Part shown: positions 1-10,042 of the stretch, piece after piece
How positions within the stretch are numbered: position 1 is the first letter of the stretch
Layout: the number at the start of each line of letters is the position of its first letter
Source: an uncultured Acidimicrobiaceae bacterium
GTDB taxonomy: Bacteria; Actinomycetota; Acidimicrobiia; Acidimicrobiales; Bog-793
Reading direction: 5' to 3'
Length of the DNA: 64,000 bases
NCBI GenBank assembly: GCA_963836935.1
Contig: CAWILM010000030.1
Coordinates: 20,148-84,147 of the forward strand
The notes under the pieces: generated by a model
Told to the model about the DNA's origin: nothing
What the model saw: only the letters and a program-made list of their open reading frames with translations
Database searches by the model: none
Made by a program: the position numbers and the translations under genes

Positions 1-46
1 AGGACCCGACGAGACCGAGCCGCCTGCCCCTCCGCACACGGTACGA

Positions 47-808
47 GTGGATGGGCATCGGCTGACCAGCCAAACTCTGGCGATGGACGACATGCTGACT
101 CCGACCAGCGATCCCCTCGTCGTCGAGGCACGGTTGGCCATGCCGCTGGCAGAGGCAATGCTCACCCAGCGCGCGGTCCGCCGGGTCCTGCCGGACCCGG
201 TCGATGACCGCGTCGTGCTGCGATGTCTGGAATTGGCGCTCGAGGCACCGACGGCGTCGAACGGCCAGAACTGGGAGTTCGTGGTCGTGAAGGATCGGGC
301 CGTAAAGACAGCGCTCGCCGCGCAGTATCGACGGGCGTGGAGCGTTTACGGCGGGGCGTCACGGCTGGTCAAGACCGACGAGCAGACCTCCAGGATGTTG
401 AAGTCTGTGCTATGGCAGGTCGAGCACTTCGCGGAGATCCCGGTTCTCGTCGTCTGCTGTGTGCGCGGCGCCCGGGTGCCTCTTATCCCGAGACCTCCGA
501 TAGCCGTGTCGAGCCGCTACGGGTCGGTTTACCCCAGCGTGCAGAACCTCCTTCTGGCAGCGAGGTCCGTCGGCCTCGGTGGTGCGCTGATCACGCTCCC
601 GCTGTGGTCCCACACCGTGGCGCGCAGGATCCTCAAACTGCCCCTGCGCGTCGAGCCGTGCTGCATCGTGACCCTCGGGTGGCCGAAGGGACGCTACGGC
701 CGCAAGGCTCGCAAGCCGGTCGGCGCGGTCGTTCATCTCGACCGCTACGGCCATCAACCCTGGAGTGGCCGCGCGGGCCTGACTCAGCGCGCCCTCTGGG
801 AGAGCTGA
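47..808 (+). CDS. nitroreductase family protein
   Basis: 253-aa ORF with nitroreductase-fold stretches (QRAVRRV, EAPTASNGQNWEFVVVKD, GLGGALIT, TLGWP). The exact start among several in-frame start codons is not resolved. Confidence 0.7.
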   Translation: MDGHRLTSQTLAMDDMLTPTSDPLVVEARLAMPLAEAMLTQRAVRRVLPDPVDDRVVLRCLELALEAPTASNGQNWEFVVVKDRAVKTALAAQYRRAWSVYGGASRLVKTDEQTSRMLKSVLWQVEHFAEIPVLVVCCVRGARVPLIPRPPIAVSSRYGSVYPSVQNLLLAARSVGLGGALITLPLWSHTVARRILKLPLRVEPCCIVTLGWPKGRYGRKARKPVGAVVHLDRYGHQPWSGRAGLTQRALWES

Positions 809-1351
809 CTCCGCCGCGATCGGATCGGGCACAAATTGCGGCGAGCGGCCGCCACAACGCATGTCCTTCCCGAAGCGGACGATCGTCGCACCGGGCCGGC
901 AAGTCCCCATGAGCTTCGGAGTTGCCCCTGGGCCTAGCGAAGGGACGGCAGAAGGCGCTCACGCCGCGTGCGGGCGACTTCTCGCCGCCAGCGGTGGGGC
1001 AGGAACGCGGTCGTCACGGCCTCCATCAACTCATTGACTGGGTGAACCCGACATCCTCACCCCTCTTGGACAAGGCAACCTGGAGTGACGTAATCCCGCC
1101 TCCTTGACGCCTCACTGCTCACGCCCGCACCAAGAGAGGCGTCCCCCGTCAATGCGCAACTGAGGTGAATGTCGGGGCTGAAAGCGCGCCGACCACCTGA
1201 CGAACGGGTGCAATGATCGCTAGGTGCGCAGAACGGCGGTGTCCGGAGCGATCCCCGCGGCCCGTGGCGTCGGCGTTGGCTCCGGACGGTATGACCCCGA
1301 GCCAGCGTTCGGGTCCATTTCGAGGGCGCACGAGTCGCTGGCAGCCCACTC

Positions 1352-2137
1352 GTGACGAGCGAACACCCGAGCGACAAGGCCTCCACGGGCGACGCGAGTG
1401 CTCGCAGAAGGACCGCCGGCGACGATCGTGACATGCGGGGCACCTTGTACGGAATCGCCTTCTGGGTTCTGCTCTGCGGTTTCGGGGTCCTCGTCTGGCC
1501 TGCCCTCCTCGTCCTGCCGAAGCTCACCTGGCGCTGGAAGCTCACCCGGGTGGCGGCGCGGCTGCTATGCAGGTGCCTCGCCATCCCCTTTGAGACCAAC
1601 GGTGGTCCGCTGGTCGGGAGACCGTGCGTGTACGTGGCTAATCACGAGAGTTTCCTCGACTCGTTCGCGATCGGTCTGATGTTCGCGGAGCCGGTCGTGT
1701 TCGTGGCAGGCGGCGTCCTCTCGCGCCAGCGAGTCGTCGGCTCGTTCCTCCGCCGGATCGGGGTCGTCTTCGTCCGCGACCAAGCGGGAAAGGGGCCGTC
1801 GTCGGTTGAGCCCCTCCTCGCGGCGCTGGAAGACGTGGTGCGCTCCGGGCGCTCCCTGGTCTTGTTCCCCGAGGGTGGACTCACGCTCACTCCCGAGCTT
1901 CGGCGCTTCCACCTCGGGGCGTTCGTCGTTGCCGCCAGGACGGGCTGCCCCGTCGTCCCCGTGGGGATCATCGGCACGCGAGCAATTCTTCCTGCAGGTC
2001 GGCACCTTCCCCGCCGGGGCGCGATCCGCATTGTGGTCGGGCAGTCCCTCCTGCCCGCGGGCGACGGTTGGAAGGCCGCCCATCAGCTCGCAGACGAGGC
2101 GCTGGCGACGGTCCAAACCCTTCGCGACGGGTGTTGA
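1352..2137 (+). CDS. plsC: 1-acyl-sn-glycerol-3-phosphate (lysophospholipid) acyltransferase
   Basis: 261-aa ORF with an N-terminal TM helix, the HX4D motif (NHESFLD) and the FPEGG motif of the PlsC/AGPAT family. The start may instead be the internal ATG near 1433. Confidence 0.8.
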   Translation: MTSEHPSDKASTGDASARRRTAGDDRDMRGTLYGIAFWVLLCGFGVLVWPALLVLPKLTWRWKLTRVAARLLCRCLAIPFETNGGPLVGRPCVYVANHESFLDSFAIGLMFAEPVVFVAGGVLSRQRVVGSFLRRIGVVFVRDQAGKGPSSVEPLLAALEDVVRSGRSLVLFPEGGLTLTPELRRFHLGAFVVAARTGCPVVPVGIIGTRAILPAGRHLPRRGAIRIVVGQSLLPAGDGWKAAHQLADEALATVQTLRDGC

Positions 2138-2254
2138 GCTCGCCCGTCGCTTCGGCCAGCGATGGAACCTCGCGTTGCCCAACATCGGCTTTGACAGGCT
2201 GACGCAACCCACCGGCACCTTCGCGGGACGCCTGCGCCGGGTACGTTTTCGCCC

Positions 2255-3134
2255 ATGACCACCGTCGTGTTCCTAGGCGTCACGACAGGCTCGTCCCTTA
2301 TCCATCAGGCCATCTCCGCGTGGCGGTCGATCCTGGCAACGCAGTGCGAAATCCGCGGCATAGACATCTCTCTCGACGCCAGTGACGCCACCTACATCCG
2401 GTTCCTCGAAAGTCTTGCGAAGGACGAGAGCGCGGCAGGGGCCGTCATCACCACTCACAAGGTCAGGCTGTTCAGCGCAGGGCGAAGCCTGTTTGCCGGC
2501 CTCGATCCCCTCGCCCTCGCCTGTGGGGAGGTCAACGCCATCAGACGGACCAGCGCTGGGCTGTGCGGCTTCGCCCGTGATCCGGTCTCGGTCGGGCGGG
2601 TCGTCGACCGAATCTGGCCAGAGTCGGAGGGAGAGGTCGTGTGCCTCGGCACAGGGGGCACGGCCCGCGCCCTCGCCGCGCACTTGTTCGCGACCCGCCG
2701 CACCGTGCGGTTCGTCTGCGCCGATCCGATCCGCGCCTCGGTCGAGCAGCTCGCGGCAGGTAGCCGGACACCCGGTCACCGGACACGTTGGCGATCGGCC
2801 CTGGGATGACCTCGTCGAGCAGGCGCCGCCCGGCTCCCTGATCGTCAACGCAACCGGCCTGGGCAAGGACCGGCCCGGTTCACCGATCACCGGTCGGACA
2901 CGGTTCCCACCGCGCGCAGTCGTGTGGGAGCTGAACTACCGGGGTGAGCTCGAGTTTCTCGGCCGGGCCCGGGCTCAGGCAGGGAACTTGGGGCTTCAGG
3001 TGCACGACGGTTGGCAGTTGTTCTGCCACGGGTGGGCAGCCGCGCTCACCACGGTGCTCGACCTGGCCGACGACGACCAACTCGGTGAGCGATTTGCCAT
3101 GGCAACGCGGCCGTTGCGGCCCGGGATCGTCTGA
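2255..3134 (+). CDS. shikimate dehydrogenase-like (AroE family) protein, frame-disrupted as assembled
   Basis: The N-terminal half is in the 2255 frame (GVTTGSS..., TTHK, GTGGTARA Rossmann motif). The C-terminal half is in the 2382..3134 frame (LIVNATGLGKD..., VWELNYRG). The two halves join only with a 1-nt frame change near 2758-2762. Confidence 0.6.
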
Positions 3135-3179
3135 CCGGCCATGCCGAGCTCGCCAAACTGAAACAACGACCGGAGGATC

Positions 3180-3618
3180 GTGGAAAAGGTCTTCGAGTTC
3201 TACATCCGCCCTACGCCGGAACGCCGCTGGGAAGCGATCACCACGCCCGAGATCAGGCGCAAGTACAACTTTGGCACCGGAGTCCACTCGAACTGGGTGC
3301 GCGGATCGCGTCTGGAGCTGGTCGCCCCGAGGCCGGCCCGATCCTCGTCGAGGGCGACGTCCTCGAATTCGATCCCCGGCGGCGGCTCGTCCACACCATG
3401 GTCGCGCCGAAGAGGTGCGGGCCGAAGGTCCTTCCAGGGTCACCTGGCACGTCGAGCCTGTCGCCGACTCGTGCCATCTGACCGTGACCCACGACGAGCT
3501 CGCCGAGGGAGCCAACGCCGAGCTCTACCAAGGCTGGCCCATGATCCTGTCCGGCCTCAAGACCTGGCTCGAGACGGGCGCGCCGCTCACAACTCCCGGC
3601 TCACTCACGTACGGCTGA
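3180..3618 (+). pseudogene. SRPBCC/AHSA1-like (START-fold) protein with two frame changes
   Basis: N-terminus MEKVFEFYIRPTPERRWEAITTPE... is in frame 0. The middle GPILVEGDVLEFDPPRRLVHTMVA is in frame 2. The C-terminus EGPSRVTWHVEPVADSCHLTVTHDELAEG...GWPMILSGLKTWLETG is in frame 1. Junctions are near 3330 and 3408. Confidence 0.6.
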
Positions 3619-3773
3619 CCGGGAAGGTCACTCGGTGCCGGGACGAGCGGCCTCTCCTGCCCACAATGGCGCGAAGGGGCAAGTTGGCGTCGTTCGTTAA
3701 CATGTCCTGAGGGCCCAAGTTTGCTTTCGGAGTTGGCGCGCACTCCTGCCGGGCTGCGCAACCCGAATGAGGT

Positions 3774-4277
3774 GTGGCGATGGTTTCGAAGACGAGCAGC
3801 TCCTACGTTCCTTGGTCCCGGGAGCGGGCGGTCGCCATCGTCGAGAGGCACAGAGACGAACGCGGCGCGCTCCTGCCGATCCTGCATGAACTGCAGGACG
3901 TGTTCGGCCATGTCGATCCTCGGGCCATCGACCTCGTGGCAGAAGAGGTGAACCTGTCCAGGGCCGAGGTCTACGGCGTCGTCAGCTTCTACAGGGACTT
4001 TCGCACCGAGCCGCCGGGCCGGTCGGTGGTGTACGTGTGTCGCGGGGAGGCCTGCCAGTCCATGGGTGCCGAGCGCCTCGCCCAGCACGCGCGTGAGCAT
4101 CTGGGCGTCGCGTTCGGTGCCACGACCTCCGATGGCGAGGTGACCCTAGAGCAGGTGTTCTGTCTCGGCAACTGCGCGCTCTCTCCGGCAGTGATGATCG
4201 ACGGCCAGCTGAAGGGCAAGATCGACGAGGCCGGCTTCGACGAGCTCGTCGCCACATCCAGGACCGGGGCGAGCTGA
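3774..4277 (+). CDS. fdsG: NAD-dependent formate dehydrogenase gamma subunit (NuoE-like 2Fe-2S protein)
   Basis: 167-aa ORF with the NuoE/thioredoxin-like [2Fe-2S] pattern (CRGEAC...CLGNCALSP). Its stop overlaps the fdsB start (TGATG at 4275-4279). Confidence 0.85.
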   Translation: MAMVSKTSSSYVPWSRERAVAIVERHRDERGALLPILHELQDVFGHVDPRAIDLVAEEVNLSRAEVYGVVSFYRDFRTEPPGRSVVYVCRGEACQSMGAERLAQHAREHLGVAFGATTSDGEVTLEQVFCLGNCALSPAVMIDGQLKGKIDEAGFDELVATSRTGAS

Positions 4278-5830
4278 TGCAACCGGTCGTCGTCTTCGTG
4301 CCTGTCGACGCCGCCGCCCGGTCGGTCGGCGCCGATGACGTAGCCGACGCGATCGTGCGGGAAGCAGCCGCTCGCCGACGCGACGTCCGCCTCGTGCGCA
4401 ACGGCTCCCGCGGGATGTTCTGGCTCGAACCGCTGGTTGAGGTATCCACGCCCACAGGGCGCGTCGCCTACGGCCCAGTGCGGGCCGGGAGCATCGGTGA
4501 GCTACTCGACGCCGGCATGCTCGACGGTGCGCCCCACCCGCGCTTCCTCGGGCGGACCGAGGAGATCCCGGAGCTGAGACGCCAGACGCGTTTCACCTTC
4601 TCGAGAGTCGGGGTGAACGACCCGCTGTCGGGCGCGGACTACGAGGCGACCGGTGGCCTCGCCGGACTGCGCCGGGCCCTCGAGATGACGCCACAGGAGA
4701 TCGTGACGGCGGTAACAGATTCCGGCCTCCGCGGTCGGGGCGGGGCGGGCTTCCCAACAGGCATCAAGTGGCAGACGGTCCTGGACATGGACTCCGACCT
4801 CAAGTTCATCGCCTGCAACGCCGACGAGGGCGACAGCGGCACCTTCGCCGATCGCATGCTCATGGAAGGTGACCCTTTCCTCGTGGTGGAGGGCATGGCC
4901 ATCGCCGGACTCGGAGTCGGAGCGAGCGAGGCTTACATCTACGTCCGCTCCGAGTACCCCGATGCCGTTGCAACCATGGCGGCGGCGATCGACATCGCCC
5001 GCCTGAACGGCTGGATCGGAGCCTCGGTGCTCGGGACGGACCACGCCTTCGACGTGCACCTGCGCGTCGGTGCCAGCTCGTACATATGCGGCGAGGAGAC
5101 CGCCATGCTGGAAAGCCTGGAGGGCCGGCGCGGCATGATCCGGGCCAAACCTCCTCTGCCTGCAATCGCCGGGCTCTTCGGGAAACCGACGGCCGTGAAC
5201 AACGTCCTCTCGCTCGCCACGGTCCCTCCGATCCTCGCCCACGGCGCCGAGGCCTTCCGGGAGCTCGGCGTGGGGCGCTCGCGGGGAACCCAGGTCTTCC
5301 AGCTCGCAGGCAACATCAAGCACGGCGGCATCGTCGAGATCGCCTTCGGCGTCACGCTCGGCGAGCTCGTGGACGACTACGGGGGCGGGACCGCGAGCGG
5401 CCGGCCGGTGCGGGCAGTCCAGGTCGGCGGACCCCTCGGTGCTTACCTGCCGAGGAGCCGTTTCGGCCTGCCGATGGATTACGAGGCTTTCGCGGCCGCA
5501 GGCGCCATGGTGGGGCACGGAGGCATCGTGGTCTTCGACGACACGGTCGACATGAGTCGGCAGGCGCGCTTCGCGATGGAGTTCTGCGCCGAGGAGTCGT
5601 GCGGCAAGTGCACGCCCTGCCGAGTGGGATCGGTGCGGGGTGTAGAGGTCATCGACCGCATCATCGCCGGGGACAGTCGCAAGGCCAACCTCGAGTTGCT
5701 CGAGGACCTGTGCGAGACGATGGTCGACGGTTCGCTGTGCGCCCTGGGCGGGCTCACTCCCCTGCCGGTACGCAGCGCCTTGGAGCACTTCCCCGAGGAT
5801 TTCGATCGTGCCGGGGCGGGCCCGCTGTGA
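4277..5830 (+). CDS. fdsB: NAD-dependent formate dehydrogenase beta subunit (NuoF-like, FMN/NAD/4Fe-4S)
   Basis: 517-aa ORF with GRGGAGFPTGIKW (FMN site) and ESCGKCTPCR (4Fe-4S). It lies between fdsG and fdsA. Confidence 0.9.
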   Translation: MQPVVVFVPVDAAARSVGADDVADAIVREAAARRRDVRLVRNGSRGMFWLEPLVEVSTPTGRVAYGPVRAGSIGELLDAGMLDGAPHPRFLGRTEEIPELRRQTRFTFSRVGVNDPLSGADYEATGGLAGLRRALEMTPQEIVTAVTDSGLRGRGGAGFPTGIKWQTVLDMDSDLKFIACNADEGDSGTFADRMLMEGDPFLVVEGMAIAGLGVGASEAYIYVRSEYPDAVATMAAAIDIARLNGWIGASVLGTDHAFDVHLRVGASSYICGEETAMLESLEGRRGMIRAKPPLPAIAGLFGKPTAVNNVLSLATVPPILAHGAEAFRELGVGRSRGTQVFQLAGNIKHGGIVEIAFGVTLGELVDDYGGGTASGRPVRAVQVGGPLGAYLPRSRFGLPMDYEAFAAAGAMVGHGGIVVFDDTVDMSRQARFAMEFCAEESCGKCTPCRVGSVRGVEVIDRIIAGDSRKANLELLEDLCETMVDGSLCALGGLTPLPVRSALEHFPEDFDRAGAGPL

Positions 5831-5928
5831 CGCGCCCGGACGGTTTCGTGGCGCCACGATGCCATGCTGAATCCGGCTCGCCAGCAGTCGGATCGGGGGG
5901 GATGGTCGATGACCCGAGGAGACCAGCC

Positions 5929-8787
5929 ATGACGTTGCTCAGAGAGCACGACCTCGGAACGCCGGCCCAACCGGGGCCGGCCACGATCGAGCTCGAGATC
6001 GACGGGCTGGCCGTGACCGTGCCCGCGGGCACCACGGTCATGCACGCCGCCGGGCTCGTCGGCATCGACGTGCCGAGGCTTTGCGCGACCGACAGCCTCG
6101 CCGCCTTCGGCTCATGCCGCCTTTGCCTGGTGGAGATTGACGGCCGCCGTGGCACGCCCGCCTCGTGCACGACCCCGGTAGAGGCCGACATGAGGGTCTC
6201 CACCCAGACTCCGCGGCTCGAAAAGCTGCGCCGCGGAGTCATGGAGCTGTACATATCGGACCACCCCCTTGACTGCCTCACCTGCGCGGCGAACGGCGAC
6301 TGCGAGCTCCAGGACATGGCGGGTGCCGTCGGTCTGCGAGAGGTCCGCTACGGCTACGCGGGAGAGAACCACCTCGACGCCTCAAAGGACGAGAGCAACC
6401 CCTATTTCACATTCGACGCCTCCAAGTGCATCGTCTGCTCGCGCTGTGTGCGGGCTTGCGAGGAGATCCAGGGGACTTTCGCCTTGACGATCGCAGCCCG
6501 TGGCTTCAGCTCCAGGGTCGCGCCTGGCGCAGGCGACTTCCTAGGCTCCGAGTGTGTCTCCTGCGGCGCATGCGTGCAGGCGTGCCCGACGGCGACGCTC
6601 GAGGAAAAGACTGTGATCAATCTGGGCGTGCCCGGCCGATCTGTGATCACGACCTGCGCCTACTGCGGGGTCGGCTGCTCGTTCAAGGCAGAGCTTCGTG
6701 GGGACGAGGTAGTCCGCCTGGTGCCCTACAAGCACGGGGGCGCCAACGAAGGCCACTCCTGTGTAAAGGGCCGTTTCGCCTGGGGTTACGCGACTCACAA
6801 GGAGCGTGTGCTGACGCCGATGGTCCGTGAGGCCATCACGGACGCGTGGCGTGCCGCGAGCTGGGAAGAGGCCATCTCCTCCACGGCTGATCGCCTGAGA
6901 TCCATCCAGGCTCGCCACGGCATAAGTGCGATCGGGGGGATCACCTCCTCGCGTTGCACCAACGAAGAGGTGTTCGTCGTCCAGAAGATGGTGAGAGCCG
7001 CCTTCGGCAACAACAACGTCGACACCTGCGCGCGGGTGTGCCACTCCCCGACCGGATTCGGCCTGAAACAGACCTTTGGCACATCGGCCGGCACGCAGGA
7101 CTTCCGCTCGGTCGACAGCTGTGACGTCATCGTCGTCATCGGCGCGAACCCGACCGAGGCGCACCCCGTGTTCGCCTCCCGCATGAAGCGCCGGCTCCGG
7201 CAGGGCGCGAAGCTCATCGTGATCGACCCCCGGCGTACCGAGATCGTCCGCTCGCCGCACGTCGAGGCCGACTATCACCTGCAACTGCAACCAGGCACCA
7301 ACGTGGCCGTCGTCAACGCCTTCGCGCATGTCGTGGTGACCGAGGACCTCATGGACCACGAGTTCGTGGCCGAGCGCTGCGAACCGGACGACTTCAACAG
7401 GTGGGCAGCGTTCATCTCGGCGCCGGAGTACAGCCCCGAGGCGACAGCGGTGATCACCGGCGTGCCGGCCCCGGACCTGCGCGCGGCCGCCCGCCTCTAC
7501 GCGACTGGTGGCAAGGCTGCGATCTACTACGGCCTCGGCGTCACCGAGCACAGCCAGGGATCCACCATGGTGATGGGTCTGGCGAACCTCGCCATGGCAA
7601 CGGGCAACATCGGCCGGCAAGGTGTCGGAGTCAATCCGCTGCGGGGACAGAACAACGTGCAGGGCTCCTGCGACATGGGCTCGTTCCCGCACGAGTTCCC
7701 GGGCTATCGCCACGTGTCCGACGACACCGTCCGCCACATGTTCGAGGAGACGTGGGGTCGACCGCTCGACTCAGAGCCGGGCCTGCGCATCCCCAACATG
7801 TTCGACGGGGCGATCGAGGGGACCTTCAAGGCCCTCTACGTGCAGGGCGAGGACATCGCCCAGTCCGACCCGAACACCCACCATGTGCAGGCGGCGTTGG
7901 CCTCCCTCGAGTTGTGTGTGGTTCAGGACCTCTTCTTGAACGAGACGGCCAAGTTCGCGCACGTCTTCCTGCCGGGAACATCGTTCCTGGAAAAAGACGG
8001 GACCTTCACCAATGCCGAGCGACGCATAAACCGGGTCAGGCCCGTGATGGCGCCGCGCAACGGCAAACAGGAATGGCAGGTGGTCTGCGAGCTTGCCACT
8101 GCGATGGGCTACCCCATGCACTATGGGACCTCCAGCGAGATCATGGACGAGATCGCGAGGACAACGCCCACCTTCGCCGGCGTTTCGTTCGCCAAACTGG
8201 ACGCGCTCGGGAGTGTGCAATGGCCCTGCAACGACGCCGCGCCTTTCGGTACGCCGATAATGCACGTAGACAAGTTCGTCCGCGGCAAGGGGCGATTCGT
8301 CGAGACCCCGTTCATACCGACGGACGAACGGACGAACCGCCGCTATCCGCTCATCCTCACGACCGGGCGCATCCTTTCCCAGTACAACGTCGGATCACAG
8401 ACGCGAAGGACGGAGAACGTCGCGTGGCATCCGGAGGACCTGCTCGAGATGCACCCGTACGACGCCGAAGAGCGCGGCGTGGTCGAAGGCGGCTGGGTGA
8501 CGCTCGCGAGCCGCTCCGGTGAGACCGCGCTCCGCGCCCACCTCACCGATCGCGTGCCCCAAGGGGTCGTGTACACCACGTTCCACCACCCCGTCACCGG
8601 TGCCAACGTCGTGACTACCGAGTATTCGGACTGGGCAACGAACTGCCCTGAGTACAAGGTGACTGCTGTGCAGGTGCGGGCACGCGTGCCCGCGAGAGGT
8701 GCCGACGCGTCCCCGGGCGTCCCGCCGGACCAGGCGCACGCCGACGTTCCGGCCCTGCGTGGAGGAGGCACCGATGGTAAGGGCTGA
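5929..8787 (+). CDS. fdsA: formate dehydrogenase alpha subunit (molybdopterin, Cys-type)
   Basis: The long 5086..8787 ORF is only believable from ATG 5929 (MTLLREHDLG...); 5902 is an alternative. It has an N-terminal 2Fe-2S/4Fe-4S cysteine cluster, a molybdopterin oxidoreductase core, the active-site stretch ARVCHSPTG (Cys, no in-frame TGA) and a CPEYKVTAVQV C-terminus. Confidence 0.9.
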   Translation: MTLLREHDLGTPAQPGPATIELEIDGLAVTVPAGTTVMHAAGLVGIDVPRLCATDSLAAFGSCRLCLVEIDGRRGTPASCTTPVEADMRVSTQTPRLEKLRRGVMELYISDHPLDCLTCAANGDCELQDMAGAVGLREVRYGYAGENHLDASKDESNPYFTFDASKCIVCSRCVRACEEIQGTFALTIAARGFSSRVAPGAGDFLGSECVSCGACVQACPTATLEEKTVINLGVPGRSVITTCAYCGVGCSFKAELRGDEVVRLVPYKHGGANEGHSCVKGRFAWGYATHKERVLTPMVREAITDAWRAASWEEAISSTADRLRSIQARHGISAIGGITSSRCTNEEVFVVQKMVRAAFGNNNVDTCARVCHSPTGFGLKQTFGTSAGTQDFRSVDSCDVIVVIGANPTEAHPVFASRMKRRLRQGAKLIVIDPRRTEIVRSPHVEADYHLQLQPGTNVAVVNAFAHVVVTEDLMDHEFVAERCEPDDFNRWAAFISAPEYSPEATAVITGVPAPDLRAAARLYATGGKAAIYYGLGVTEHSQGSTMVMGLANLAMATGNIGRQGVGVNPLRGQNNVQGSCDMGSFPHEFPGYRHVSDDTVRHMFEETWGRPLDSEPGLRIPNMFDGAIEGTFKALYVQGEDIAQSDPNTHHVQAALASLELCVVQDLFLNETAKFAHVFLPGTSFLEKDGTFTNAERRINRVRPVMAPRNGKQEWQVVCELATAMGYPMHYGTSSEIMDEIARTTPTFAGVSFAKLDALGSVQWPCNDAAPFGTPIMHVDKFVRGKGRFVETPFIPTDERTNRRYPLILTTGRILSQYNVGSQTRRTENVAWHPEDLLEMHPYDAEERGVVEGGWVTLASRSGETALRAHLTDRVPQGVVYTTFHHPVTGANVVTTEYSDWATNCPEYKVTAVQVRARVPARGADASPGVPPDQAHADVPALRGGGTDGKG

Positions 8788-8989
8788 CCTGGTGCGAATG
8801 GCCAACCAGATTGCGGCGAACTTCCGCCACCACCCGCAGGCGCAAGCCGCCGCCGAGGTGGCCGATCACATCCGCAGATTCTGGCCGCCTCTGATGCGCC
8901 GCGAGCTTCTGGACAACGTCCACGACGGCCGCTTCGACCCGCTCGTGGTCGTCGCTGCTGATCTTCTCGCGGAGGCGACGCCGGCCTAA
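8774..8989 (+). CDS. fdsD: formate dehydrogenase delta subunit
   Basis: Small ORF (MVRADLVRMANQIAANF...IRRFW.P.MR) typical of FdsD. I placed the start at ATG 8774, which overlaps the fdsA end by 14 nt. Confidence 0.7.
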   Translation: MVRADLVRMANQIAANFRHHPQAQAAAEVADHIRRFWPPLMRRELLDNVHDGRFDPLVVVAADLLAEATPA

Positions 8990-9021
8990 CGCCGTGCACC
9001 GGCCCGCCGCCAGATGACAGG

Positions 9022-9924
9022 TCAGGCCTCGAGATCCACCCTTTCCGGGTGGCAGTACACGTTGAACTTGTCGTCGCGCAAGAACCCGACAACCGTCATG
9101 CCGAGCCGTTCGCCCGCTTCGACGGCGAGGCTCGACGGCGCCGAGACCGCACAGGTGATCGGGATGCCGGCCGCGGCCGCCTTCTGGACAATCTCGAAAC
9201 TCACGCGTCCCGACACGAGCAGCAACCGGTCTCTGAGCGGCATGCTGCCAGAGAGAAGGCCGTGGCCGATGAGCTTGTCGACCGCGTTATGGCGCCCGAC
9301 ATCCTCCCGTGACTCGAAAAGACGCCCGTCCGCGTCGAACAGCGCGGCGGCATGAAGGCCGCCCGTCTGCTGGAAGATGTGCTGGGAGCTGCGCAACACC
9401 TCGGGCAACGAGACGATGGTCGAGCGGGCGACCACCGGCCCGGGCTCGATCACCGGACAGTTGATCTCGACTTGGTCGAGGGAAGCCTTTCCGCAGATCC
9501 CACAGCTCGACGAGGCAAAGAAGTGCCGCTTGGCGAAGTCCATGCTGAACGGCACGGTGAGATTCACGGTCACCACGTTGTAGTGCTGCTCCTCGGGTGC
9601 GACATCGCAGTAGCGAATGCCAGCAATCTCTTGGAGTCCGTGGACGAGCCCTTCGCTCACGAGGAACCCGGCGGCGAGCTCGAAGTCGTTGCCCGGCGTG
9701 CGCATCGTCACCGCGACGCTCACCGGGTCCTGGCGCCTGCCCCTGACCTGAATCGCCATCGGCTCCTCGGTGGCAAGACGATCCGGTCGTACGAAGCCGG
9801 CGCCGGTGCCATGCGCCGCCAGCACCTGGACCATTGTGGTCGCGCGACGGGTAGCAGAACGGGTCAACGACGGTTCCTGCAGCTGAGCCGACGGGCGGGA
9901 GGCCTCAGCTGCCGGCTCGCGCAT
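9022..9924 (-). CDS. fdhD: formate dehydrogenase accessory sulfurtransferase FdhD
   Basis: SSSCGICGK and GRHNAVDKLIG motifs. It is convergent with fdsD. The ORF-track start (10134) is too long; ATG 9924 or ATG 9834 are plausible. Confidence 0.85.
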   Translation of the reverse strand: MREPAAEASRPSAQLQEPSLTRSATRRATTMVQVLAAHGTGAGFVRPDRLATEEPMAIQVRGRRQDPVSVAVTMRTPGNDFELAAGFLVSEGLVHGLQEIAGIRYCDVAPEEQHYNVVTVNLTVPFSMDFAKRHFFASSSCGICGKASLDQVEINCPVIEPGPVVARSTIVSLPEVLRSSQHIFQQTGGLHAAALFDADGRLFESREDVGRHNAVDKLIGHGLLSGSMPLRDRLLLVSGRVSFEIVQKAAAAGIPITCAVSAPSSLAVEAGERLGMTVVGFLRDDKFNVYCHPERVDLEA

Positions 9925-10042
9925 GGCCGGAAGTCTAACGAGCAGGGTCCGGGACTCTTCCTGCTCGCTCGGCTCAGACCTTTCGTCACGCCGTGCGCAC
10001 CGGTGCTGGCCCGATGCGCTTACAAGCCCTTTGGGCCTGGTG

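Noticed and set aside
5086-5928. 5' part of the 1233-aa ORF, overlapping fdsB in another frame
   Set aside because: It is Arg/Gly/Pro-rich nonsense overlapping the well-supported NuoF-like gene. FdsA similarity only begins at MTLLREHDLG (5929).
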